Shown here: positions 1 to 12,333 of the stretch, in pieces | Position numbering within the stretch: the first letter of the stretch is position 1 | Layout: each line of letters begins with the position of its first letter | Source: Basidiobolus meristosporus CBS 931.73 | Lineage: Eukaryota > Fungi > Basidiobolomycota | Assembly: GCA_002104905.1 (NCBI GenBank) | Contig: MCFE01000139.1 | Location: 93,455 to 157,454 of the forward strand | Direction of reading: 5' to 3' | Length of the DNA stretch: 64,000 nt | The notes under the pieces: model-generated | Databases searched by the model: none | What the model was told of the DNA's origin: nothing | Seen by the model: only the letters and a program-made list of their open reading frames with translations | Translations under genes and position numbers: made by a program

Positions 1-2670
1 CCTATTCTGGTAGTTCTCCTAACTGGGATAATCTGTTCTGATCTGGAACTGGTAGAAGTATCTTCCATCTCTGGCTGGATTTGGTATGTATCTTCTTCAT
101 TTGTGTTGATTGCATCATCAAGCAGCTGACCAATGATTTCTGTGGCTTTCTGATCTAAATTCTCCTCAAATACAACTTCCCTGCTCTTGATCAGCTTCTG
201 AATTTAGCCATCATACACTCTATACCCTTTAGTATCTTTACAATACCCAAGAAAGATCCTTTTTCTACTCTTTGGTTCCAACTTTGAGCGTTTTTTGTCA
301 GGGATGTGATAAAAAATATTGCTGCCAAAGATCCCAAGGTGCTGGAGATCTGGTTTTTTGCCTGTAAATGCTTCAAAGGGTGTAGAATCACGTAGTGCTG
401 TTGTTGGGCATCTGTTCTTGATGTATACAGCGGTAGCAACAGATTCAGCCCAAAACTTGTAGTCCATTCCCTTATCATGTAGCATAGATCTTCCCATCTC
501 TACTATTGTTCTATTTGCACGTTCTGCTACTCCATTTTGCTGTGGAGTATGAGGAACTGTGGTCTGTTGAAGTATACCAGTAGACAAGCAGTATTTTGCA
601 AACTCCTTTGAGCAGTATTGTCCTCCATTGTCACTTCATAGTACCTTCAATTTACACCCTGTTTGTGTTTCTGCCATGTTCTTGAAGTGCTTAAACGTCT
701 CTAAAGCTTCATCCTTTGTTTTGAGGAAGTACACCCATGTATATCTTGTCTTGTCATCAATAAACGTCATAAAGTATCTCTTGGCTCCAAAGGACAGTGT
801 TCTCATGGGGCAACATATGTCTGAGTGTACAATAGCCAATATTTTGGTGGTATTGATGCCTTCTGAGCTCCTGAAACGTTACCTAGCTTGTTTGCCATAT
901 GAACATCCCTTACAAACATTCAATTTGATCGGAATTGAGTATTTTAGGCCCAAAACAAGCTGATTTTTCACTAATTGGCTCATTTTCTGTTCCCCTATCT
1001 GCCCTAGCCTCCTATGCCACATCTCCCAGTTGGTTTCATCAGTTTCAGCAATGTTGACATACTTAGGTACAATGATCTTGCATTGTAACTTGTATATTGT
1101 GATCTCTGATTCCCAAAGCTAATTTTTGTCCATTTTCACTCAATATTGAGCAGCTCAGCTTAGTAAAAGCAAATTTCAGTCCCTGAGTAGTTGCTTTACT
1201 GATTGAGAGTAGGTTCTTAGCTATTCCAGGTACATAGAGTACGACAGTCAGTTTTGCTGTTGTTGCCCCTGAGTTATCACTCATATTTAGTTGTATAGAC
1301 CCACTGGCGGTAGCTTCCAATGAAGAGTTATCTCCCAGATAAACCTTTCTTACGGGAATAGTCTTTATGTTGCTGAACCAATCCTTTATACCACAAATAT
1401 GCTGTGATGCTCCAGAGTCAATATACCATTCATTACTTTGGTTACTTGCACTCTCTTGTACAGTTACAAATAACTGTTCATCAATAGTTATATGGTTTGC
1501 CTGCTCTAGTTTCTGTTTTTTGTCTGCTTGTTTCTTCTTGCATTCTCTTGCCCAGTGTCCTGGCTTCTTACAGTAGATACAGCAGCCAGGTTTTCTTTGG
1601 TTTTGTTGCTTTCCCTTCTTTTCTATATGCCTTTCTGAACTGAATAAAGCATTATCTTCAATTTTCTCTGCTTGATCATTACGTCTGAGTTCTTCATGGA
1701 GAAGTCTTCCTTTGACATAGTCTAAAGTCAAGTTGTCTTCACTGCTTTCAAAAGAAAGTATGAGTGGCTCATACTTGTCAGGTAGGCTGCAAAGCAGACA
1801 GAGTATCTTTTCTTCATCATCTACACCAACATTAATACTGTAAACTTCTTCTGCAAGTGTCTCCATTCTGGTAATGAGTTGTAGCATGTCATCATCTGGC
1901 TTTTTTCTCATGTTGAAGAACTTTTGTTTCAAATGAAGCTTGCTTGATACTGACTTTGCTCTAAAGATCTTCTCTAAGGATTCCCATGCTGCTTTGGCAG
2001 TATTTGAGGCATGGATTTGTCCAATGAAGGAGTCTTGCACATTGATGCATATTGCATTGAAGGCCTTTCTCTCCTTCTCTTGAAACTTCTCCACATCTTC
2101 TGTTGTTCCTTTGGGCTCAACTTCCTTTCCTGTCACTATGTTCCCAAAGCTTTCTTTCCTCAAGGTGGATGTGCATCTTGATTCTCCAAAGTCTGTAGTT
2201 CTTCCCATCAAACCTCTCCTTTACAGGGAAGATGTTGGTATTCTTTGTTCGCTGGTAGAAGTCATCTTTAGAATAGATTAAGGCAATTGGGGCTCATAAC
2301 CTGTTGCAATTTAAGAAGTGATTTGGATATAAGGAACTTATCAAGAAATAGTGATAATAGTGGAACTGTTGTTTATTCATAAAGAAGCTCAGTATTTATA
2401 CCTTTGTAGAAGTAATACAGCTGCAACACTAAGTAGGGAGGGTTTCTCAATATTCAGGAGCATTCTGTAACAGTTTCAGGGTTAGTACATAATGTTTGGT
2501 AATAGTGCTAATTTGATCCTGACTATAAAGGAATAATCATAAGATCATATATCTGGAGAAAGTGGCAAAGTTAAGGCAGTAAATGAGTCCTACAGTGACT
2601 AAGACTAGCCTAGAATTGTTAAGTAAATTTTTAGCTGCTGAATGATTCCAAATAGTCCAATATTTCAATA
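1..2670 (-). mobile_element. Ty1/copia LTR retrotransposon, 5' half (5' LTR 2302-2670, PBS 2289-2301, gag-protease ORF 2211-1063, frameshifted integrase 839-204); degenerate
   Basis: Gag zinc knuckle CIYCKKPGHWAREC; protease WYIDSGASQH; integrase VHSDICCP and TPQQNGVAERANRT. PBS GGTTATGAGCCC lies directly after the LTR end (ATTGCAACA). The LTR matches the one starting at 9993. Confidence 0.93.
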
Positions 2671-3806
2671 ATAACAAGATTGACATATATCTACATGAGA
2701 TTGGGTTCTTTTGTAGCAGGGCATATCATGGTATATATGTGAAACAGCTTAAAAAGGGTGTGATCATCCTACTTCTCTATGTGAGCAACCTAATAATAGC
2801 TACAAGTGACCAGGAGGCACTTAAACTGATAAAATCAGATATATGCAGCATGTCTAGTATGGAAGATCTTAGAAAATTGGGCTAGTTTCCTGGAATTGAA
2901 GTCAAATTTGGCAAACCTATGCAGACAAATATGTTGAATCAGTCTAAGAACATTGGGGGCATTCTTAGTGGCTGTAAATTGAGAATTTTCAAGCCAGCAG
3001 GTATCCCCATGGACAATAACCTGAAACTTAGCAAATATTGGCCAGTTTTAGATGGCAAAGGCTCAAATATGGACTAAAACTATTCTATCGATCAGTGGCT
3101 GTTAGCTTGATATATTTGATGATGTCTACATGTTGAGATATTGCAGTGGTGGTTAGTACAGTCAGTCAATTCATGCATATTATGGATCAGATCTAATTAC
3201 AGCAGTTAAACAGATTTGAGGTATCCACAAGCTGCCATAAATATTGTATAGGAATACTCTGGAGCAGCTAATAAGCAAAACTTTGATGGTTACAGTGATT
3301 CAGATTGGCTTAGGGATATGATTGACAGATGCTCTACCACTAAGTATGTATTTCTTTATGCCAGTGCATCTATTACCTGAAGTTGTAAGAAACAATCAAC
3401 TGTAGCCCCATCTACAACTGAAGCTGAGTTATGGCTGCTTGTCAAGCAACTTAGGAGGCTGTATGGCTGCAAGAGCTACTCAAAGACTTATGTTTTAATT
3501 TGGATGAGTCAATATGTATTTACAAGGATAATTAAAGTTGTATATCACTAGCTGGAAATTTTACTGATCATGTCAGAGCTAAGCATATAGATATGAAACA
3601 ACACTTGCCAAAAGAAGCTGTAGAGAATACCTTTTATAGATAGTTTGCTGCCCAACCAACAAAATGGTGGCAGCTATATTGATAAACCTCTGGCTAGGCC
3701 ACAATTTGAGAGTATCAGAAAAGAATCAGGTTTAAGAAATTATTTAGTTGAGGGGGAGTGTTGAAATATTGAACTATTTCATAGCATTCAACAGCTAATG
3801 CCTTAC
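2671..3806 (+). mobile_element. Ty1/copia RT-RNaseH relic with PPT and first ~48 bp of the 3' LTR
   Basis: Decayed paralogue of 8437-9998 with many stops. PPT GAGGGGGAG is followed by LTR start TGTTGAAATATTG at 3759. Confidence 0.85.
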
Positions 3807-4690
3807 TTAGCAATTCTGGACAAGTCTTGCCTGTAACTGACTTTGCTCTAAGGATCTTTCCCAAGGATTCCCATGCTGCCTTGGCAGTATTTGAAGCATG
3901 ATTCTACCCAATGAAGGAATCTTGCATCTGGAATTAAAGGCCTTTCTCTCATTTGCTTTAAACATCTCCACTTCTTCTGCAAATCCTTTGGGCTCAACTT
4001 CTTTTCCAGCCACTGCATTCCAAAGCTTTCCTTTGTCAAGGTGTATCTTTATCTTGATTCTCCAAACTCTGTAGTTCTTCTAGTCAAACCTCTCCTCAAC
4101 AGGGAAGATATTTATATTGTTCTGTTTGCAGGTAGATGTCATCTTTAGTATTGATTAAGACAATTGGGGCTCATAACCTTTGCAATTTAAGAAATGATTT
4201 GTATATAAGGAACCATCAAGAAATAGTGATAATAGTTGAACTTTTGTTTACTCATAAAAAAGCTGAGTATCTGTACCTTTGTAGAAGTAATACAACTGCA
4301 ACACCAAGCAGGGAGGGCTTCTCAACACCCAGGAGCATTCTATAATAGTTTCAAGGTTAGTAAGGAATGACTGGTAAAAGTGCAAATTTGATCTTGACTA
4401 TAGAGAAATAATAATAGAGTCATAGATCTGCAGAAAGTTGCGAGTTTGGGCTGTAGGTTAGACCTACAGAGACCAAGACTAGTCCAGAATTGTTAAGTCA
4501 ATTTTTACTTTTGCTTCTCAACACTCGGGGGCATTCTGTAACAGTTTCAGGGCTAGTCATAATAGTGGGTAAAAGTGCTAATTGGATCTTGACTATAGGG
4601 AAAATAGCCTAGGATCATCAATCTGAAGAAAGTGGCAAGGTTAGGGCTGTAAATAAGTCCTACAGTGACCAAGAGTAGTCCAGAATTGTA
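3807..4690 (-). mobile_element. Ty1/copia gag start, PBS (4166-4178), 5' LTR and a partial second LTR; same family as 1-2670
   Basis: AGKEVEPKG...ERKAFN matches the gag at 2211-1063. GGGGCTCATAACC and the LTR are homologous to 2289-2670. Confidence 0.85.
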
Positions 4691-4699
4691 AGCTTTGGC

Positions 4700-5830
4700 T
4701 GTGTAAGATCTCCTGGAATCCTTAGTTCACATCAATACACTCAGTAAAATGGCTGCAATGGGTGGTGTTATGTACTTTAACTCTGCATGCAAAAAGTGTC
4801 TAGTCATTATAATCATCCCATCTACTGACAGCTCCATCAGCATACATGGTCAGCATTTTTCCAAAACATCCATTAAACTGCTCAGTGACTTCATGAGCAC
4901 TATGACAATATGCCAATATTTTCAAGTGTTTGCTCTGCTGCATTTCCAGGTAAGCTTCCAATTTCTTTACCATAGATTTTGCTCCTTGATTAGATAAAAT
5001 CTGTACAGGGCATTCAAACTTCATAAGGTTATCTTGTTAGATGATACTTGCAACTTCTTGTTTACTGGCCACAGGTGCAGCTTTAGCCACTGGCCATTTT
5101 GTGGCATGGTAAATTGCTACTAAATTCTGATGGTTAGATTTCATGAAGGTTGGCAGTCTTCCCATAGAGGAAATTCCCCATCTCTCAAATGGTCTAACAG
5201 GCTCCAATGGAAAGAGGTCTGCAATTCACTGTGGTTATTTGGGCATATATTCACTAGCTTCTCAATATTGTATTTCATTTTGGGCCAAGATATTGTAGCT
5301 TTTATGTTATATGTTCCTTTAATTGCAGGATATCCGGATCCATATTTTCATTGGCATTGCTTCTGATTGACCTCTTTTATAGTGATTACAACCTCTCTGA
5401 TTAGTCTTTGTGGGCTTCCTAACTCAAGTATAGCTGAGTAATAGCCAATGGTGGGACTGACCTGATCTTGTTGTGGTACCAATGTAAATCTGTACCTGCC
5501 ATGTACAAAGCTGCATAATGTAACTTACATTCTAGGGCAATTTCTTTAGACTTAAAAGCTTCTTCAATCTTCCAGAGTCAAGTTCCCATGTTCTGATTGA
5601 CTCTATCATGTTATGGGTCAATCGTCACACTCAAGTTGTTCTTGACAGGGCTTTGCAGGTTCTGCACCATGGTAGTCATTCTTTGTTGCTGCTGGCTGAG
5701 AATCTGGTGGAACTGTTAGTGTTGGACCAGGATTTACTACATAGCATTCTTGCTTTCTTGATTTTCAGACATGTTGAAGGAGGCTTCTACTTTCTTCAGA
5801 TAGGAGGTTTCTAGTTATTGCTGCTACCAA
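4700..5830 (-). mobile_element. Internally deleted Ty3/gypsy relic (gag fragment plus integrase core fragment)
   Basis: ORF 5024-4800 FECPVQILSNQG...EQFNGCFGKML resembles the gypsy integrase core; decayed. Confidence 0.6.
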
Positions 5831-6299
5831 TGTTTTAAGTAGTGATAAAGGAATTGTAAAGGACTAGGGAATTTAACTAATGTAGTGTTCACCAAAACTT
5901 GAGCTGATTTTTATTTCAGTTCCAGTAGATTCTTATATATATCTTACCAGATTGATTGTTGACTAATTGTATTTCCTAGTGCAGGTTGTAGTTGATGATT
6001 CATTTGATTGCATCATCATAGCCCAATTAGAGCCTTCTTAATATATATCCTATTTGTATCTTGAAGAGTCCCTAATCTAGCTGTTATGGTCCCACTTTGT
6101 AAATGTCTAAGAAAAAAAGCTTATTATTACTACCATGATTCACTTGGATAATCCCTCTCCAACTGCATTATGTGTGTTGTAGTTTTTCATGAAAACCTTA
6201 TTGATTGGAATCTTACCTCTCATGCATGGGGGTGATATTTCTCATTTTCTTATACAGTAGCATTATGAGTTGTAGTTAATACTTTCAAAGGCTCTTGCA

Positions 6300-7400
6300 T
6301 TTCTCTTTTGGTGGTCATCATTGCCATCAGGGTATTTTCATATTCCTCCTTGTTAGAGCTTAATCTCTAACTTTCTGCCCATGAGCCTTCCACACATGTA
6401 GTTTTAGGCCAAATTCTCAGTGGTAGATAAAAGACACAATACAGGACCCTGATGCTCCTCTGTCAGGTTATTCAGGAAGGTACCCATTACATCCTCATTA
6501 GTGATCTCTGTGCCAGCCTATATCATCTCATTAGCAAAGGTAGTTCAACTAGTTAAATTTCTTATTTCTCCTCCTGGTAGCATCTTTTTTGCACATAATA
6601 TTTGCTTTGAATATATCTATTTGCAGCTAAGTGTGACCAGCAGGTCTCTTCTCATGCCATTCCGGCCAATTGAGGAGGCTCCTGAACCAAGAATTTACAT
6701 AGTAATGTGCCTTTAACATTAGAGCAAATTTAGTTAAAGCACCTTGGCTCTTTTTGCTGGTACCCCAGGGCTCCTGCTTCTTAGTCCTTAGGATGGCCTT
6801 CCCCTGCCATAGTAAAGCTCTAAAAGCCTCTGTGCTATAGCATATTAGTTGTTAGCACCTTCTAAGCTCTGAAGTAAGATTTAATGAGCTTCTTGGTAGA
6901 AGGAAAGAGTTTAGTAATTGCAATAGTGGACATCCCTAAGAATGGCAACTTGAGACGTTTGTCATGTTGGAAGAGCATTCAAGATGTTGGAAGTGATTGG
7001 GAGTTTTGTAAAATTTCTGGTAGCTCATGAGCACTTGCCTAACTAGGTCACTAGATCTCTACTTGCAAAGATTTGAGACTCCTGATCAAACTCCTTGCTA
7101 AGATTTACTTGGGGCATTATTACCAAGTGATATGGTATCAAGAATGTGATTTTGCTACTTCTGCATCCATCAAATGATTGAGCAAAAGCTATAAAATCTG
7201 CTTGTTCTCTGTTTTGCTACCAATATCTCTAAAACTGCTACAATAAGCTGTAAGCCCCATGCTGACACTCTTCAGAAAGCGTACTGGTCTACTACTAGAA
7301 TTTTGACTCAGCTGAAGTGTTATATGGATCTAGCTATCCACTTTAGTAGGTAAAGACCTCTCTCTAGCATTACTGGGTTGTGATGGTGTTTTGCAGATCA
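6300..7400 (-). mobile_element. Highly decayed Ty3/gypsy pol (RT) relic
   Basis: Manual translation near 7200-6900 gives KITFLIPYHL..VIMPQ and FASRDLVT, resembling gypsy RT motifs; many stops. Confidence 0.4.
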
Positions 7401-8434
7401 TAGTGAAAAACAAAGCTAAAAACTTGACAGTATTTTTGCGGTCTTTTGATAGGAATTGCACAGCATTATCTCCGTTGCAATGTGCTCTGCATTTAATTGA
7501 GCAGACCTAACCAGCCAATAAATCCAAATAGCCTTTTATGTCAAGGAGCTTGATGATGTTCCAACAGCCTCATTGCAAACCTTTATGGCAATTTCTTAGC
7601 AATACAGCAGCTTACAGGCAGCTCTGTATAATGCTACAGTACCAATTTACCAAATAGTATTTCCTTTTTCTGTTTCCCCTCACACCACTCATATTACCAC
7701 CGTAAATTAACACTTTTTACTTGCCTACCCACCACTACTTTGAGTATTCCAACTATAGTTCAAACCAAAAAAATTTGGCCTCCTACTTACTAACCTCCAC
7801 ATACCCACCCACCTGCAGCAATGGACACCCTTCTATTATGTCAGCTATATGGCTTTGGAGTATGATACTTGCAAAGTTGCCATGTATACTTTATCACCAG
7901 TAACATATAGATCTAGCAAACTTATGCTTGTTGCCACCACTGTAGCCACAAATACCTCCTGAATGTGTGCAAACAACTTACTGGTATTTAGCCAATATAT
8001 TACATCTCCCTACTGGATTCTAGTCCCCCTTGTAAGTGTGCTCTGGCTCTTGTTTATATGAGTTCCATATTGGATGGTGTAGAAACTGGCTTGTAACCAC
8101 GTTTCTTAATCCCAAAAGCATAGGTGTCTCCATGTGCACAATTGCCCTCAATATTTTTCCATTCTTGGTGTTCATCCTCCATGTGCCAACCCATTACATC
8201 CATGACAGACTTGAAGGTAATATTGTTAATGAGATTGGGATATGGTAGTACCTGCAACTTGACTTGTCTTCCTATCTCCTTACATATCCACTCCATAGAA
8301 AACACCAAAATGGTGAAGCAAGGCCCAATGTTCTCCACACTCCCAGCAAGATGGAGTAGGGAATGAATACAGTGGCAGCAGAGATCTAGGCATTCAGCTG
8401 TATGCTGGTAGTATAGCCACTCAAATTCTGTCAT
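7400..8434 (-). mobile_element. CMC/EnSpm (CACTA-type) transposase C-terminal fragment
   Basis: ENIGPCFTILVFSMEWICKEIG resembles the GP.W.YW.FPMER motif of CACTA transposases. Homologous to 13000-14220 and, inverted, to 24900-25560. Confidence 0.65.
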
Positions 8435-8436
8435 AC

Positions 8437-10143
8437 TTGTCTAAACGCTGCAGATGGGTCATGTGGCAACAAGCCATGCAGGAGGAGTACCAATCACTGA
8501 TCAAGGCAAACATGTGGGAACTGGTATATTTACCATATGGGAGAAAGCCAATAGGATGTAGATGGGTCTACAAGATCAAGATAACTTCAAATTGTGCTGT
8601 TGATAAGTACAAGGCTAGATTGGTGGCCAAAGGCTATTCTCAAATCTGGGGACTAGATTTTAGGGAAACATTTGCTCTGGTTGCCAGGTTTAACTCCATT
8701 AGGACAGTTTTAGCCCTGGCAGCTGTACACAGTCTACATCTACACCAAATGGACGTTAAAACAGCCTTTCTAGATGGGGATTAGCAAGAAACTATATATA
8801 TGGAGCAGCCAGAAGATTCTACCAATCCAAAAGGCCCCCATAAGGTGTGTAAACTTAGAGAATCATTGTATGGGCTTAAGCAGGCACCTAGAGCATGGTA
8901 TAACAAGATTAACACATATCAAGAGGAAATTGGGTTCTCTTGTAGCACTGAAGATCACAGTACATATGTGAAGCAGCTCAAAAAGGGTGTGATCATCCTA
9001 GTTCTTTATGTGGGCAACCTATTTATAGCTACAAGTGATCAAGAGGCACTTAAACAGACAAAATCTGATCTCTTCAGTAAGTTTGAGATGAAAGAACTTG
9101 GAAAATTGGGCTGTTTTCTTGGAATTGAAGCCAAATTTGACATACCTATGCAGAAAATTGTGCTGAATCAGTATAAGTACATCAGGGACACTCTTAGATG
9201 CTTCAAAATGAAAGATTGAAAATCTACAGCTACCCCTATGGACAATAACCTGAAATTAAGCAAATTTCAGCCAGTTATAGTTGAAAACACCTCAGATATG
9301 GACCAAAACTTTCCCTATCAATCATTGGTTGGTAGCCTAGTGTACTTGATGGTGTCTACACGTCCAGATATTGCAGTGGCAGCTGGAATAGTCAGCTAAT
9401 TCATACAGAATTATGGATCAGATCAAATTGCAGCAGTTAAGCAGATTTTCAGATATCTACATGGTACCATAAATATGGTACTGGAATACTCTGGAGCAGC
9501 TAATAGACAAAATTTGATGGCTATAATGATTCAAGCTGGGGTAGGGATCTGATTGACCAATGCTCTACCACAAGCTATGTATTTCTTTATTCTGGTGCAG
9601 CTATTACTAGGAATTGCAAGAAACAACCAACTGTGGCCCTATCTACAACTGTAGCAGAGTATATGGCTGCATGTCAAGGAACTAAGGAGGCTATATGGCT
9701 ACAAGAACTATTCAAAGACATGGGCTTTAATTTAGATGAACCAACATGTAGTTACAAGCATAATAAAAGTTGTATTTCAAAAGCTAGAAATCCTATTGAT
9801 CATGACAGAACTAAGCACATTGATATACAGCATCACTTTGTGAGGGAAGCTGTAGAAAATAACTTAGTAGAGCTAGTGTACTCCCCAACTAACAAAATGG
9901 TGACAGATATATTGACAAAACCACTAGCTAGGCCACAGTTTGAGAATCTCAGGGAGAAATTAGGATCAAGAAAATGCTTAGTTGAGGGGGAGTGTTGAAA
10001 TATTGGACTATTTGGTACCATTCTGCAGCTAAAAATTACTTAACAGTTCTGGACTAGTCTTGGTCACTGTGGGAATAATTTACAGCTCTAACTTTACCAC
10101 TTTCTTCAGATCTATGATCTTATGATTGTTCCCTTGTAGTCAG
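8437..10143 (+). mobile_element. Ty1/copia RT-RNaseH, PPT and truncated 3' LTR (from 9993)
   Basis: KYKARLVAKGYSQ, HQMDVKTAFLDG, SLYGLKQAPRAW, RTKHIDIQHHFVRE. PPT GAGGGGGAG is followed by TGTTGAAATATTGG. Confidence 0.93.
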
Positions 10144-11900
10144 CCATTCACCAGTTGCTGCTTTACCAATAATATCTTGCTAGCTGCTTGATACTTCCAT
10201 AACAGCACCTAGTCATACTTGTTACCCAGCATAAACTGAGTCAGGTGAGTTTGTGACACCTTAAGGCCCACCTTATCCTTCTGAATACAGCATGCATTGT
10301 GATAGCTCTGCAGAAGCAGGCTCACTGATTGATTGTGAGCCTATCTCCTCTAACAAAAGTACTCTGCATTAGCCTGCCAAAATCCCAGTATACAAGGGAC
10401 AACACTTGTGGAAAAAAATGCAAAGAATACTTTATGGAGTCAAGTGAGCTCAGTAATCCATCTGCTGGTGAATTAAGTGATGTTGTGGTCAGAGGAGTGG
10501 TGCATTTCCATCAATATCAGTAATAGGGGCTTTGAGGATTTACTGCTACTTCTTGCCAAAATCATCCTGAAGTGCAACTTACCATGTAAACAGTATAAAT
10601 GGACAACCATCATGTGGCTGGCAATTTATGACCTAGAGACTATCCTGATACCAGCATGTACTAACAGTTGCATAGCATTAACATCAGAAATGCCACCATT
10701 GCATGGTGTCCAACCTGTCAGGAATCCACCATCATTGGGGGAAAATATTGCTCTTATTCCAAATATAGTTCCAGTAATACCTAGTCTAAAGAAGCTCATG
10801 GAGTCCAACAAATTTGGTGAAGCTTCAAGGTACTCCATTCAGTATCAATTAAGCGCAAACTAATCCAATATTTTTGATGGCAAACAGTGCAAACAGCTAA
10901 GAAGAAAGGGTTACTATAAAGGTATGTATGACCATGCCTTTGCCTTAGGCACCTGATGATTCTCATTGAACAAGTACTCTGCCAGCAAATCCTGCAGGCC
11001 CCTGGCTCTAATCTACCTGAGTCTACCACCTATCTAACAGTATCAGGGCAGAAATCTGATGGTAGTCTCACTGGTATCTGGGCCTCAATTGCCAACCAAA
11101 CTGGATAGCTATCTGCTTATATTGCTGGAGGAATATTGTATGCTTTCTAGCAGTATAACACTAAATGGTTGTTATGTTAAAGCGCATATTACTATCTGCA
11201 TTGGAGATGCCCCAGCCATCAGCAAGATAGCTGGGTTTTTAGGGCGCAATTGACAGTATTGCTGTCAAGTGGTTGAGATCCAGGGGACTTACTCTATCAC
11301 TCACACATATTATTATTACCTAAGCACCAACACCAAGAACATCATTTTTCTGCATAGAAAATATACAGGAGTCAGCATGCAATTACAGCAGAGCTGGCAA
11401 GCTATAAGCCATTGGCCAGAAATCAAAATCAATTGGAGACCAGAAATACTTAAGCTAGATGGAATTTGTTGGAGCAAAAGCTTTTGGCCGGTAGCAAGGC
11501 ATTTGATTTTCAACAATATCTCTATACTGATGTCCCAGTTGTACATTGGGCATTTAAAGCTAAATGAGCCCTTAGAGATACTGGAGAAATTTGAACAAAT
11601 TGGTAAGATATTACAGGGTAATCTGGTGATAGAGAGTATTCCATAACTACACTATTTCAAAATTAATATTGCAATCACTTCTTTACTTTGCTTTTGCTAT
11701 TGTAATACACAAGATATCAAGAAATCCCAACTTTGAGGGATAAAAGCTCCAGGCCTTGCCAAGCAATTCACCTAGGAAAATTATTTCATGCAGAACACTC
11801 TGCAGCCAATGCATGTTGCAAGTTAAAGCTCATTTGAAGCAACACTTAATGAGCTATAATCAAAAGACTCCAATTACCATAAATACTAGGCCTCTTTCCT
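10144..11900 (+). mobile_element. CMC/EnSpm (CACTA-type, Tnp2-like) transposase relic, N-terminal and middle part
   Basis: IFDGKQCKQLR, LLEE, ICIGDAPAISKIAGFLG. Homologous to 23500-24390; frameshifted. Confidence 0.7.
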
Positions 11901-11924
11901 GTTGGAAAAGTCCCCACTAATAAA

Positions 11925-12110
11925 CCCCTGTAATCTAAAGCCCCCTGTAGAGACATCTTTGAGAAGCTCCTTCAGGCACCTCTTTAATGTACAGTCCACT
12001 CTAGAGACCACTATCAGAAGCCCCTTTACCCTAAAGGCACCCCTTTAGACATTTCTTTAGGTCCAGAGACCCTTTTAGAGACATGTACTCCACACCCCTT
12101 TAGGTTCAAT
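11925..12110. repeat. Degenerate CCCCTTTAG / CTAAAG short-repeat array (copy 1)
   Basis: Several CCCCTTT(A) units. The array and the ~220 bp after it are homologous to 18085-18570. Confidence 0.7.
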
Positions 12111-12333
12111 GGGAATTCAGAATTACTATATCAGGATATAATTTTCAGAAATCAAATTGTCTTCCAAATAAGTAAACACTGCTCTGAAAGTAAATGAGCC
12201 CAATAGTCAACAGAAGGTCAGAACACTGCTGTGGATGTGAGAAACACTGCCTACAGTATATTTCATGCCTAAGATTGAGGATTTTAGTGAAAGATATATC
12301 TTCTATTGTTATATCAAACTCCCAATAAACCAT

